A stretch of 64,000 nt of DNA from positions 31,180,476-31,244,475 of the forward strand of contig NC_068990.1 of NCBI RefSeq assembly GCF_001194135.2, given 5' to 3'. Both the position numbers and the translations under genes were made by a program. This DNA comes from Octopus bimaculoides. Its lineage: Eukaryota. Positions 11,801-23,892 of the stretch are shown here, one piece after another; the first letter of the stretch is position 1; each line of letters begins with the position of its first letter. The notes below the pieces were generated by a model, which worked only from the letters and a program-made list of their open reading frames with translations, had not been told where the DNA came from and ran no database searches.

Positions 11801-12859
11801 TGTTTTTTTTTTCTCTTTCTTCTCTCCCCCTTTTCTTTTTTTCTGTTTTTTCTTTGCCATTCTTTTGTAAAAATTATATTAGGTAAAATAAAGAACAGAA
11901 ATTACAAATATGAATGGATACAATGTTACCTCCCTTTAAATGAAGTAATTATTCAGAATAGGTTAGTTGTTCATGTAGTCTAGAAATTTAAAGTAGAGAA
12001 ATAAATTTTTTAAAAAATTAAAAAAATGCATTCATGAGCTTCACTAACAAAATTTTGTCAGTTTTATCTTTCATGTCTAAGTTAAATTTGTTTCTACCTG
12101 AAAATACAGAGTTTCAGCCTTGCTAGAAATCCTTCTTCCATCTTTATTTTACATAACATATTTCATGTTATTCAATGTTATTTCTTTTGCCATTTCCCCC
12201 TTATCATTCTTTCTCACAACCTTTCCAGCTCAACTCTATCCATCAATTTTAACCCACTGTAATTTCCCTTTCTAAGTTCTTCTTAACTTCAAGTTCAAAC
12301 TAAAAATGTTGAAAGAACTGGGAAGAAATATAATGAAATTAAAGCCAAATATGACTATACAAAGGAAAGAATTTTGCTAGAACAGTTAATAAAACATTAT
12401 ATATTTATTTTATCCTTCATGTATAATAATAGTTATAATAATAGTTATGCTCAAGGTATATGTAATATTTTGATTAAAATATCAAGTTCAATACTAGGAT
12501 AAATTATTCGTGTATCGATTACTAGCTGATCTTTGATAAAATTAATTATCCAGCATTTGCATTTTGAACCCAGATAATAATAGTACTTCAGTCTCTTGAT
12601 ACCCAACCTAGAAATATATGGTGAATTCTTAAACAAAATGAATAAAACAAGTGTATAAAAGAACATATGACAGCTATGAAATAAATATTAAATCAACTAG
12701 GAACTGAACTGTAAAATTCATACTGTTTACAATATATTTAAAAAAAAGCCTTGCAAAATATTAAAAAAAACAAACTCTCCAACACATAACAGATCCTAAA
12801 TTTTGAGATTTCTCTTACCAAAGCACAACATACAATAAGTATGAAGAGGCCTAATAATA

Positions 12860-14130
12860 GGCCTTAGAGTCAACCTAGCAAAAACCAAAGTCTTACTAAG
12901 CAGGAAGGCAGAGAAACCACAAATCCCTTCAGGTAGATGGCCCTGCTCGATCTGTAGAAAAGGCATAGGTAGAAACTCCATAAGATGTACCCAGTGTAAG
13001 CTATGGATACATAAAAGGTGTAGTAATATCAAAGGAAGGCTAACTGGAAAGATAGTTTTTGCGTGTACAAGAACAATAAACACTGAAAATGTGCAGAAAA
13101 CAGTTTCTGTCACATTCCAGGGGGAAAAACTACAAGTAGTTGATAGCTTCCATTACCTAGGTGACCAAGTCAGTAGTGGGGGTGGATGCTCTGAAAGTGT
13201 AGCTGCTAGAATAAGAATAGCCTGAGCAAAGTTCAGAGAGTTCCTACTTCTGCTGGTGACAAAGGGCTTCTCGCTCAGAGTAAAAGGTAGACTGTATGAT
13301 GCATGTGTGCGAACAGCAATGCTACATGGCAGTGGAACATGGGCCATGACTGCTGAGGACATGCGTAAGCTTGCAAGGAATGAAGCCAGTATGTTCTGCT
13401 GGATGTGTAATGTCAGTGTGCATACATGACAGAGTGTAAGTGCCCTGAGAGAAAAGTTGGATTTAAGAAGCATCAGATGTGGTGTGCAGGAGAGATGATT
13501 GCACTGATATGGTCATGTGTTGCAAATGGATGAGGACAGCTGTGTAAAAAAAGTGTCACATCCAAGCAGTAGAGGGAACCTGTGGAAGAGGTAGACCCAG
13601 GAAGACCTGGGATGAGGTGGTGAAGCACTGTATTCAAACATTGGGCCTCACTGATGCAATGACAAGTGATCGAGACCTTTGGAGATGTGCTGTGCTTGAG
13701 AAGACCTGCCAAGCCAACTGAGACCATAACCATGGCCTATGCTAGTGCAGCATAACCAGCCCATTTAAGAGTACCCTTCAATCATTGGGGCAATAAACTG
13801 CACTTGCGAAGACATGTTGAGGCAAGTGAAATTGTTGTCATGGCTGATGACAGTACTACCTGATTGGCACCCATGCCAGTGGCACATTAAAAACACCATT
13901 CGAGCATAGTTGTTGCCAGAGCTACCTGACTGGCTCCTGTGCTAGTGGCATGTAAAAAAGCATCCATTACATTCTCAAAGTGGTTGGCGTTAGGAAGGGC
14001 ATCAAGCTGTAGAAACTTTGCCAGTTCAGATTGGAACCTGTTACAGCCTTCTGGTTTGCCAGCCCTCAGTCAAACCGTCAAACCCACGCCAGCATGGAAA
14101 GCGGATGTTAAACGACGACAATGATGAATA
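12860..14130 (+). mobile_element. 5'-truncated RTE-clade LINE with 3'UTR
   Basis: GLRVNLAKTKV..VVDSFHYLGD..ARIRIA*AKFRE..KGRLYDACVRTAMLHG..YGHV..RGRPRKTW; the 3'UTR ends gcatggaaagcggatgttaaacgacgacaatgatga. Confidence 0.92.
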
Positions 14131-14199
14131 GAGGATCTTTTGATAAAAAACTGTGACTTTAGATGTGTAAGAGCCCATAAGATGCTTAGATGGCATTCC

Positions 14200-14630
14200 A
14201 GATGTAAAAAGTTTGATTGCTGGGTTACCTAATTTGTGCTATGGATAGAGAGCACAGGAGCTAGAATAAGGAAAGGGTGGGAAAAGTTAGTTCAGGGAGC
14301 TATTGCCTCTGCTAGCAACAAATGTTTTCTCTCTTGGTGATAAAAGTAGGCAATACAAAGCATGTAAAATGTTGCATAAAAGGTAGAGATGAGTTATGAG
14401 AGGTAAAAGTAACAACTGGTGTGTGCAAGAGAGATAACTACAATAGTATAGACATGCAATAGATGATAAGTACCAGTTTAAAAACTGTCATATATTGATA
14501 GCTGATAGGGCTCATAACATTCGAAGACATATAAGGAAGTGATGAGGTTTGATAAGAAGATATCATATCTCAAGGAGGAACTGGTAAACCCTCCCAACCC
14601 ATGTCAACCTGGAAATAGGTTTGTTATGAT
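14200..14630 (+). mobile_element. Older, heavily decayed RTE fragment
   Basis: gctagaataaggaaagggtgggaaaagtt..gagctattgcctctgctagcaacaaa (ARIRKGWEK..ELLPLLAT) parallels 13205-13265. Confidence 0.6.
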
Positions 14631-15010
14631 GATAATAACAATAATGGTATAATAAAAAATTACTGACACAAAAATAGAAGTAAAAATTTTTAGATTCTGA
14701 AATTAGTAGAGTAGTCAGTTTAAGAATTCCGAAAGATTCTAAATGGTACTAGAACTAATACTTGCATATTAGATGGATAGGGGAAATAAAATCAAATATA
14801 AATTGAATTTTATCTTTAAATAAGGTATTAACCTGTTAAAAGAAAATGCTTTCAGTCGACTATAATTACAAATTCATTAGTTATTAGTCAAGACACATAT
14901 AAATAATTGCACAAACAACATGTATAAAATACAATCTTTTGAGAACATAAATTAGTTATTTGGTTAATTTTATTCTAAATGAAAAATCTGGAATGACAAA
15001 AATATATTAC

Positions 15011-15121
15011 CGAACATCCATAAGCATATTAACATGACAACTGTAGTCCAAGGTAAAGCTTGAGTGGTTCCATAGCCCCATGCAACTGAGTTTATAAGGG
15101 CCCACACAATGAAAAATGGCA
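15011..15121 (-). CDS. TM9SF1: TM9SF1 coding exon
   Basis: ttctag|TG CCA...TTC G|gtaata; PFFIVWALINSVAWGYGTTQALPWTTVVMLICLWMF(V). Confidence 0.96.
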
Positions 15122-16067
15122 CTAGAATTGAAATGAATAGAAAAAATATATATAACATTAAAAAATTAATCAGGAAAAAATATATTCCTAAGATACCAAT
15201 TTTAATTATTCCTAAGATAGGACTTCAGCCATGAAAAATCTATTAATTAATAATTTTCTTAAGAACAAGTTTATAATTAGTAGAGATAGTAATTCATTGC
15301 TGATCTTTCAGCAATTCATAAAGAGAATGTGTTTTGATGATGACTGTATCAAGGAGTAGATTTGCATCCACAGTGGCCTCCCATCTCTACTGAAGGTAAA
15401 ATTAATAATGGTTATCAGTTAATAATTTTTCTTTTACTGTAAATATCTTAGCAGTTCAACCTATATAAATGTTTTAACTTTATCAAAACATTTGTAATAG
15501 GCTAGTTTTCATATGATTACTGATTTATAGTAAGTTTTACAGAATTAAGTTCTGGCCCACTGAATTCATGTCTCATCAGGGCTAACTTTATATTTCCTTT
15601 CTCAGAAATCATAACAATAGGTACTAGGATGATACTGTGAAGACGAAATTTTATAAACCCAATTCCTTTATAAAAAGAAGAAAAAAAAATCACCCAATAA
15701 AAAAGAAATGATTATATATCTATTCTTAGTACAGATCACTCTTTTGTATGAAAACCAAATAGTTTTTTTTTTTCTGATTACAGTTTGCTTGTTCAAACAT
15801 TTTTACTTTTAACAAAATGAGAACATCTTTAAATATTTCTGAAGTAACAGTTTTGTACTCTTTGACTTAGATGATATGAGAAAGTGAAAAAAATATGATT
15901 GCACTGATATTCTGTTGGTGATATAAGTAGATCACATTAATTTTAGGTCAATTCTTTATGAACCATATTTAGGTAACTTTGACACAAAGAGAAATATGGT
16001 TTAATCATAAATTGGTATAATAAAGATAAATAAATTTTAAAAATTCTTTTCAGAGTAATGTACTTAC

Positions 16068-16160
16068 ATGCGAACAAAGCTGAAGTGAGATTGATATTCC
16101 ATACCCAGTTGTCACCTCCCATTTTTCGGTAATAATTTGCAGCAATGTATCCAGATACAC
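16068..16160 (-). CDS. TM9SF1: TM9SF1 coding exon
   Basis: ttctcttcag|GT GTA...GCA T|gtaagt; VSGYIAANYYRKMGGDNWVWNINLTSALFA(L). Confidence 0.96.
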
Positions 16161-16955
16161 CTGAAGAGAAATCAAAATGTTATCTATTTTCATTGTAAAT
16201 AAAATAGTGTTGACTGTACTTACATATTTAACCATTTAGCAGTCAGATTGTTCTGTCAAATGTAATGCTTACTGATTCACATTGTTTTGAATTAATCATG
16301 GTTTACCCCATAGCTTCAAAATTTTGATAATGTAATTGTTTATTTTTAGAATGACATTGTAGGATCGGTGTGAGAAGTCATATTTGGCTGATTTAAACAT
16401 AAAACAGAATATTTGGGCCAGATATAGGTGATTTAACGAGTTAATAGTTTAATTTGAAGCAGATAGTGACTATATATATATATTTTTTTACTACATATAC
16501 TGGTAACTGTCATCTAAAACTCAAAAGTTTAATCTGACCATCATTCATTTTATTTAAAATAAGTTTTTCAAAACTTGCTTCATTAGAAAATCCAAATGCA
16601 GCAGTCACAATAGTAAACTTAACAATGTAAATGTAACAGAATACTTGAAACAAAACTTTTTAAATTTCAATTATTGTTTGAAACCTGTAATTTTAAAATA
16701 CATGAAAAGTTTGTGTTTCATCCTAATCTGTCTTTTACTTATTCTTTTTCAATAAATTACATTGCATAAATCTTTTGAGAACTTGGTGACAATTACCCAA
16801 CATTGAAGTTGACAACAAAAAAGACTAAACATTAAAACGGAATGTGACAAGTAGGATTGCTTACTGAACTAAATTTTTGAATGCTATTTTAAAATTTGTA
16901 ATTTTAATTTTTTACTTTTAAATAATAGATGCAGAAGAAATGTAAGTGTGCTTAC

Positions 16956-17081
16956 CTGAAGTAAGTGCATATAGAACAATTGCAGCAGAATTAATGGAAC
17001 CATGGCGATGTACATTGAACATACCAAATAATGCCATCAACAAAATTCCTGTAGCTAAAGCAAGAAACTGACTTCCAACAC
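16956..17081 (-). CDS. TM9SF1: TM9SF1 coding exon
   Basis: cttag|GT GTT...TCA G|gtaagc; [41 protein letters not shown](G). Confidence 0.97.
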
Positions 17082-18462
17082 CTAAGTTTAGAATAGAAAA
17101 AAAAATATTTTGTTTTATATACATATGCTAATGAGGGAAAAAGCAGTAAAAATAATATATTTCTTTCAGTAGTCTTATTTTTATTATGTTTTCTCTGTGT
17201 AACCAGGTGCAATTCTGCATATGGTATTTTGTTTCAGTTTTATTGCATTGAGAATATCCTTTGCAATATGTGTGTGCAATTGTAGCCATAGTTTATATAT
17301 TTTGGGAGTTTGGTTGCATATTTGCCTGCATCATTTTGTTATTATTCACCAAGTACTTTCTATTGTGAAGATTGTTTTTGTTTTCAATCCTCACATTTTG
17401 AATATATCCTGATACACATTTTTATATTTGGATAAAAATATAACTGTCATCTGTTTGAATAGAGACATCAATTAGGAGACATTGCTTTTACCAAAAATCT
17501 TTAACAATAATATGGGGATGAATTGCTTCCATCTCCCTGTCTGTATGAACTGACATATCTCAGAGTATGGTCACTTTATTATTCTCAGAGATTATTTGTG
17601 ATGTGTGATTCTGGAGTAACTTCTAGTATATGAAAGTTCCAACTCTGTCATACCTGTATAATATGTGTTTGTACATGTAGATATGTGCCCTTATGCATAC
17701 ATGCATGCATGCATAAATATATACACTTTAATATTAGAAAGTCTCACTTTGGGTGTAATATGAATGCAAACACATTCTTTCTATTGATGAGTGGAAAAAA
17801 AAAAAGAGGGAGGGAGCCTCCCAATAGACCTTGTGCTTTACTGACTGCTCCCCAGAGAAGATATACCCAATCTCCTTCCCCAATCAACAGCAATGTGTCA
17901 TCTACTGTATAAAGCAGTCATAAATTAGGATAGCACATTAGTGTATAGCTGAATTGGCAGAGTTTGTCATTAATGAAACAATATCAATTTTATGTACAAC
18001 TAGCATAAATCATGAGAAGTGAAATAGATTTATATACAAGAAAGCAAATATACTCTTTCTAATGCAATGACCTGTGCTGCTCATTGGGAAAGAAGGCCAA
18101 CTGCATTTTTCTGGGGAGAAGTCAATGAACAGTTAGATGGTTTCCTGAGAGACTCGCTCCATTTTATTCACATCAACAGCAGAGAAAGAATGAGTTTACA
18201 TTCTTATTACATCCACAGTGAGGCTTTATAATATCAAAATTGGTAGTTCTTCTGAATTATGCTGTGTTGTACATATGAGCCAATAATTTAAAATTGCCCT
18301 GATTTTACATTATCTTTACACTACAAATATCTTCTAAAATCAGTTTAAGATCCGAACCACTTTTTAATAGGTTTACGATACAAAAATATATTATACATTA
18401 TGAGATGCACCTGGTATTGAATTCAGAAGCAACTAAAGTAAATAGAATGAAGATCTACTTAC

Positions 18463-18610
18463 CCAAAATGGCACAGAAGAGACTCTTACACACTGGGAAT
18501 CTGAAGACATCAGTATGGATGATCTTCCAGCCATTCTCATCTTGGTCCAAATCTTCACTGTCATCTTCATCTATGTTATACCGAGCAAAATCACTCTTCA
18601 GGACACGAGT
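18463..18610 (-). CDS. TM9SF1: TM9SF1 coding exon
   Basis: ctttag|ACT CGT...TTG G|gtaagt; [49 protein letters not shown](G), containing the family motif GWKxIHxDVFR. Confidence 0.97.
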
Positions 18611-19891
18611 CTAAAGATGCAAAAACATTTAAACATATGTATTTAGCTCAATTTTACTTTTCTTCTCTTATCAATATTATCGAATAAATATTCATATAAC
18701 ACAAATATTACTTCATAAAATTTGCTTTAAGTGCTAATTAAATTCCATTTTATGAGAAATTACTTATGTACTCTCAGTGATTCTAAATTCAATTCAATTA
18801 TGTATTATTAAAGTTCCAAATGCTATGGCAGCCATAATTTTGACACAAAGGTTGATAGTGTGTCTACTATTGCATGAAAGTATGAAATTCTGATCAAATT
18901 CCTTTCAGCTGCAGTCTCCAACATACTTGAACTCAAGTGAAATGAAGGCCTCTATGGTGATACATAACATAACCTAAGATTGCATCACTTAAATTGACAG
19001 ACAATCAGTAGTTGATCATTTTGCTGATTTATTGGCATCAGCTTTTTGGATGACAAATCAGTTTTGATGATTGACCTTTCTTGTTTTTTATTATTATGGA
19101 TAGTGACATATACTGGAGCAAGAAAACATTGGATGGGAGAGAAACTTGGAAAATATATTGAATTCAACATGCAAAAATAGATAAGAAGTATACTATTTCT
19201 TAGGACACACAATCTAAGCTCGTCATTGTAATATAACCCTATTCCAACTGCTTGAACACAGTAATCAATGTAAATGGAAATTACTTGGGACTGTCAAGAA
19301 AAGATACCCTCTACTCTCCTGAGAGGGTGCATGTTTAATTGATCTTTTAGAAAGAATAAATTCAGAAATTATAAAGATTCTTGTTACACTTTTTAAGTTA
19401 TTTAAAAATTTTATTAAAAAATTAATGATGGTTCCTAAACAAAACCCAACAGTATTCTTACTAACCAGAAATAGAGTAGGAAAATGGTATAGTGTATTGA
19501 CTAATTCAGCTTAAGTCAATACAATTTACCAACCAAATTTGTTATGAGTTTTGAACTAGTAACTAATATGTTTATAGCCATGCTAGGTGTTGCTTCTATG
19601 TATGTTAGGTCAATTAGAGATTTTTAATTTTGGCTTTAAAGCATATAGCTACTCAGACTACACATGTTGGTGTTACAATTACACAATGATTAAACAAGAT
19701 GGAAACCCATGAGTATGTATAAAATGTGGGATGTGGTGTATACAGAATGTTGCATTGTTAGCTAACATGGTTCAGTGGCAAGAAAAAGTAGAAACTGTGG
19801 TGAAATCAACCTCTTTTCTATAATCATATACTCTCAAATAGTAGCTCCATAATTGTAATTATAATACATATTTTCATATTAAAATATATAA

Positions 19892-19993
19892 TTACATCAT
19901 AAATAACTGGAAATTGGTAATCTGCTACTTTGCTTGTCATTCAGATACATAGTTACATTATAAATAACTGGAAATTGGTAATCTGCTACTTTG
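19892..19993. repeat. 41-bp direct repeat, period 61
   Basis: ttacat(c/t)ataaataactggaaattggtaatctgctactttg at 19892-19932 and 19953-19993. Confidence 0.85.
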
Positions 19994-21149
19994 TTTAACA
20001 TTGAGATACAGGCAAACAGTTCTCCTTTCATATAATCTTTAAGAATATGATGGATGAAATGTTGGATGAATGAGAACAACAGTTATTGGTTTCAATTCAT
20101 CATCTATTTTACTATTAAAAGCCTGTATGGAACAGTTCGGTTCCAAGGAAAGAAAACAACAAAATAATGTTAGAGAGAAGAATGTGCATAAGAGAGGCAC
20201 AAGAGCATGCATATGAAAGTTGTGAATGCGCTATTGTTAGTGAAGACAGTTCTTTTTACAACACAGCATTTTAATAGTCATAACAGTAGAGACTGTCAAA
20301 TGAAAGAATTTGCTAACCATTAGGCTTTGCTGCTCATGTTGCTAAACTCCTAACAAACAAAATCCCTGCTTGTCAAGTTCTGTTTTTTCTTTATTGATCT
20401 GGTCACTTATATATGCACCAGAACAAATCTAATTGGACAGAGTTGTGATGACATTGTCACTCAAAAATCCATGACATGTTTACATATAATTTCATTGGCC
20501 AGATTTTTGCTGACATCATTATTCAAATTGCTAAAACTCCAATTGTTAAACAAAGATTTTCTGATTGAAAAGAAAAAAAAAAATCAATGTATTAACTTGC
20601 CACATTATACTTCAGCCAGAGAACTGGTTATGCAACAATGAGCAAAACCAAGATGTTAGGGCAGCAGGTTACGCTACTGATGTTGACATAGTCTGAGAGA
20701 AATAGCAGATAAACAATGAATATGAAAACACTAATATGGTTTTTAAAACAGCACCCGAAAAATGTATGCTGAAAAGGCCATGAAAAAGGCTTCTTAGATT
20801 TTATGGAAGAGAATCTGAATTTCAGTATATATGAATGCAGGTACATCTTCAAGCAAATCTGAATATGGTGCAGCTACCAATTTTCCTTGCAAGGAACTGA
20901 GGAAAAAAATATTCACTGCCTGTGGTACAATAGGAAGATTTCTGTTAGTAAGTGTATACAATTTAGTAGATGCTTTGAAAAAATGCAGAAGCACAGTGTG
21001 CCTGTGCCTGGCACAGTAGCTGTGAGTGATTACTGAGTAGTACAACAACTGAGTAACACAACAAATGGTGAAAGCCATACTGGATGCACTGAGTCAAGTA
21101 AACTTTCTCACTGCACACCATGACCTAAATAAGGTCAGAATCAAGAGGA

Positions 21150-21430
21150 TAAATGACTGAAAGCAAGAATGTAGAAACATATAGTCTGTGGCCCTAGTTG
21201 AAAATAACAAAAGCGTAAGGCAAGTTAACAGGTCTCATCAAGTTAAGCTGAGTAGCATGTTCAATTGCAGACAAAAAGTGAAATAGTGCAATGTGAACTC
21301 TCACTGGTTTACAGGTGAGATCATATTTCCTCATGGCCAGACATATTTTCTCAGAAGATTAGAAATGAAGGACACTGCTTGTATGATGGTGACACTCATT
21401 TACAACTACCACATGATGTCAAGGCAAGAG
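21150..21430 (+). mobile_element. Possible pogo/Tigger-type transposase N-terminal fossil
   Basis: ALVENNKSVRQV (psq-HTH-like) followed by IFSED..HCL.. in broken frames; weak. Confidence 0.3.
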
Positions 21431-21433
21431 GAT

Positions 21434-21466
<33 letters not shown>

Positions 21467-21884
21467 CTTAATATAAAATAGTGGACATTTAAACAAAGAG
21501 AAATTACCTATAACAGGCAATTTCTACACATTAGGAGACAGTCTTGGATGGCTCGGTTACTGATGAGAATTTGCCTCATAAATTATTTTATTTACTAAAA
21601 AAATTTGAAACCTATAGGTATAACCGTAAAAACAAGGTAAAAGTTTTCATTTTTTCATTCCCTTTGAAATTGCTTAAATTTTGTGGTTTTCAGTCATTTT
21701 GACTGTCTCCTAAGTGTGTAGAAATTGCCTGTTATAGATATTTTCTCTTTGTTTAAATGTACACTATTTTATATTGAATAACATGTTGTCTATTGACGTT
21801 TTATACATGCTAGGCCACTGGTAGTGAAATTTGTAAAAATTTGCTACCTTACATATATATATCTAAATATATATACACTTATAT

Positions 21885-22030
21885 ATGACAGGCTTCATGT
21901 GTATTATATATCAGCTTTGGCAATCCTAGGGCCATAATAGAAGGCACCTACCCAAGGTACCACAGAGTGGGACTGAACCAAGAACTATATGGTTAGGAAG
22001 CAAACTTCTTAACTACACAGTCACACTTGA
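21885..22030 (-). mobile_element. SINE family A, 5' part
   Basis: cccaaggtaccacagagtgggactgaacc..aagcaaacttctt..cacagtcacac is the reverse complement of the family A head. Confidence 0.75.
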
Positions 22031-22144
22031 GTCTATATGTATGTGGTATGATTATTGACATTCAATATTTGGCACTGCTTGAGCAAAACTGATGTTGCTT
22101 TTCTTTTGACATTATGACTGGCTGTTCTATCCTTTTGAAGACCT

Positions 22145-22330
22145 TAAAAATGAAAAAAAAAAAAGAACCACCTTGCTTGATAAAGGTGGTAAGGGTTGGC
22201 AACACGAAGAGCATCTGACTGTAAAATTCTGTCTCAAATAACTCCTCATCTTATAATAGGCATCAATTTTGCTGGCTCACCCTTTCTAGTTGTAAACATG
22301 TTGAGTGATGGGTGGTATCACACACACATC
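22145..22330 (+). mobile_element. Decayed RTE-3'UTR-related short element
   Basis: gggttggcaacacgaagagcatctgactgtaaaa resembles ggttggcgttaggaagggcatc(c)agctgtagaa. Confidence 0.45.
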
Positions 22331-23820
22331 ACTTATTCTTTTGATACCAGCCCAACTAAAATCATTTGTACTAAAGTGCTCACATTAAGACTAAAATCTT
22401 AATCAAAATCTCATCATAATATAAACATATAAAGTTATAGATATTCTACTAAATCATTAAAAAATCTTAATTATATGAAAATCTAATTGAAACACGTTTA
22501 TATATTTATAAAAGAGTTAAAAGCATGCAAGATATAATCTTTGACAGAAAGATACAGTTAAAATATATAAAAACAAATTCCATAAACATCCCAACACTTT
22601 GCCACTCTCACGTGAATTCTTGCTAGTAAAATTTCATTTCAATAAATATTTTTGCTCAAAATCGAGCAGCTTAATGTCATTAGAAGAAAGTATTTGGAAT
22701 TGTTTTATGCTAAGGGCTCCCCCATCCATTAGAATACTGAAAAAAATATCATAATTTATACAAATACACCATTAAAATGAATAGTATATATATAAAATCA
22801 ATTGCACTAATGTTTTTTTTAGAAATACTTGAAAGAATTAAGGTACAAAATTTTGAAGTATATCAAACATATATAATATGTACATTTATTTTATGTTAGA
22901 ATATGGAAGTTTAATTTGTTCAAAATGTCGAAAGAGTACATCAGAGATTAGAAAAGGTGATCAAGTTTTACAACAAACATTCAAGTTCTTTTTCTTATGC
23001 TAAATAAATAAAAAAAATATTTTTAAATGTAGTTAACATTATTTCTTTATTCATTTTATGTTCAATAGAAAATTATCTTGTCAACTTTCTTTTAGGATGG
23101 CAAATTGGATTTTTTAATATATTTTATAGAATGCACATATTAAAAAAAAAATATTCTGCACATGAAGATAATTGAACAAAAACTTAAATGTCAACCCATA
23201 TAAATATCCTACAATTAGCAGTAGTAATGAAGAATGTTATTGAAAATGCCAACATTTGCACACTTTCAACAATAAGGAAAATGATACACTATAGTTTATA
23301 ACATGAATCACAAATTGTCCTTAGGATGAACCAGCCCCAATACTGAACACAAAATATTATCTCCTTTATAAAACTTATAAAGAACTATCTGAAAAACATA
23401 ATTTCCAGTAAGGCAATATTTATTTAAGGACACTATGTGTATCATGCATATATGCATCTGTGATATGTCATGAGTACCAATTTGTAAATGGAACAAAGAA
23501 ATGGTTTGAGTGCATCATTTATCAGTATTTCTCAATCTTATTTGTTGCCATTATCAATGACATTCTTTTAATTAGAATGTAAAGGTTATGAGAAACCCAG
23601 TAATATCTGAAGACCTTAAAATGGTGTAAATACTGTAAGACCTTTTGGAGAAAGATGCTATGAAAATTCCAAACTAAAAATTCATTTTTCTTGGAATTGC
23701 AAAAGATTTTAACGAAAAAAAAAAAAAAATACAATATACAAAGTTTCTAATTGAAACAAAGTTAAGCACTGGTAAATAAATGTGATTATTTAAATGATAT
23801 GAAAGAGATCGTTAACTTAC

Positions 23821-23892
23821 CAAAATAATAACAACAAAACTTATCAATAGAAAAACTAAGACCATTGAATTGATGATGGAGAGCCAATGTAT
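23821..23892 (-). CDS. TM9SF1: TM9SF1 coding exon, first transmembrane helix
   Basis: tcttccag|ATA CAT TGG...ATT TTG|gtaagt; IHWLSIINSMVLVFLLISFVVIIL. Confidence 0.97.

Noticed and set aside
11573-11860. 95-aa minus-strand Lys-rich ORF as an extra TM9SF1 exon
   Set aside because: Flanking exons already join in phase (..WMF-V-GYP..). The ORF is the antisense of the LINE stub plus a pyrimidine tract.
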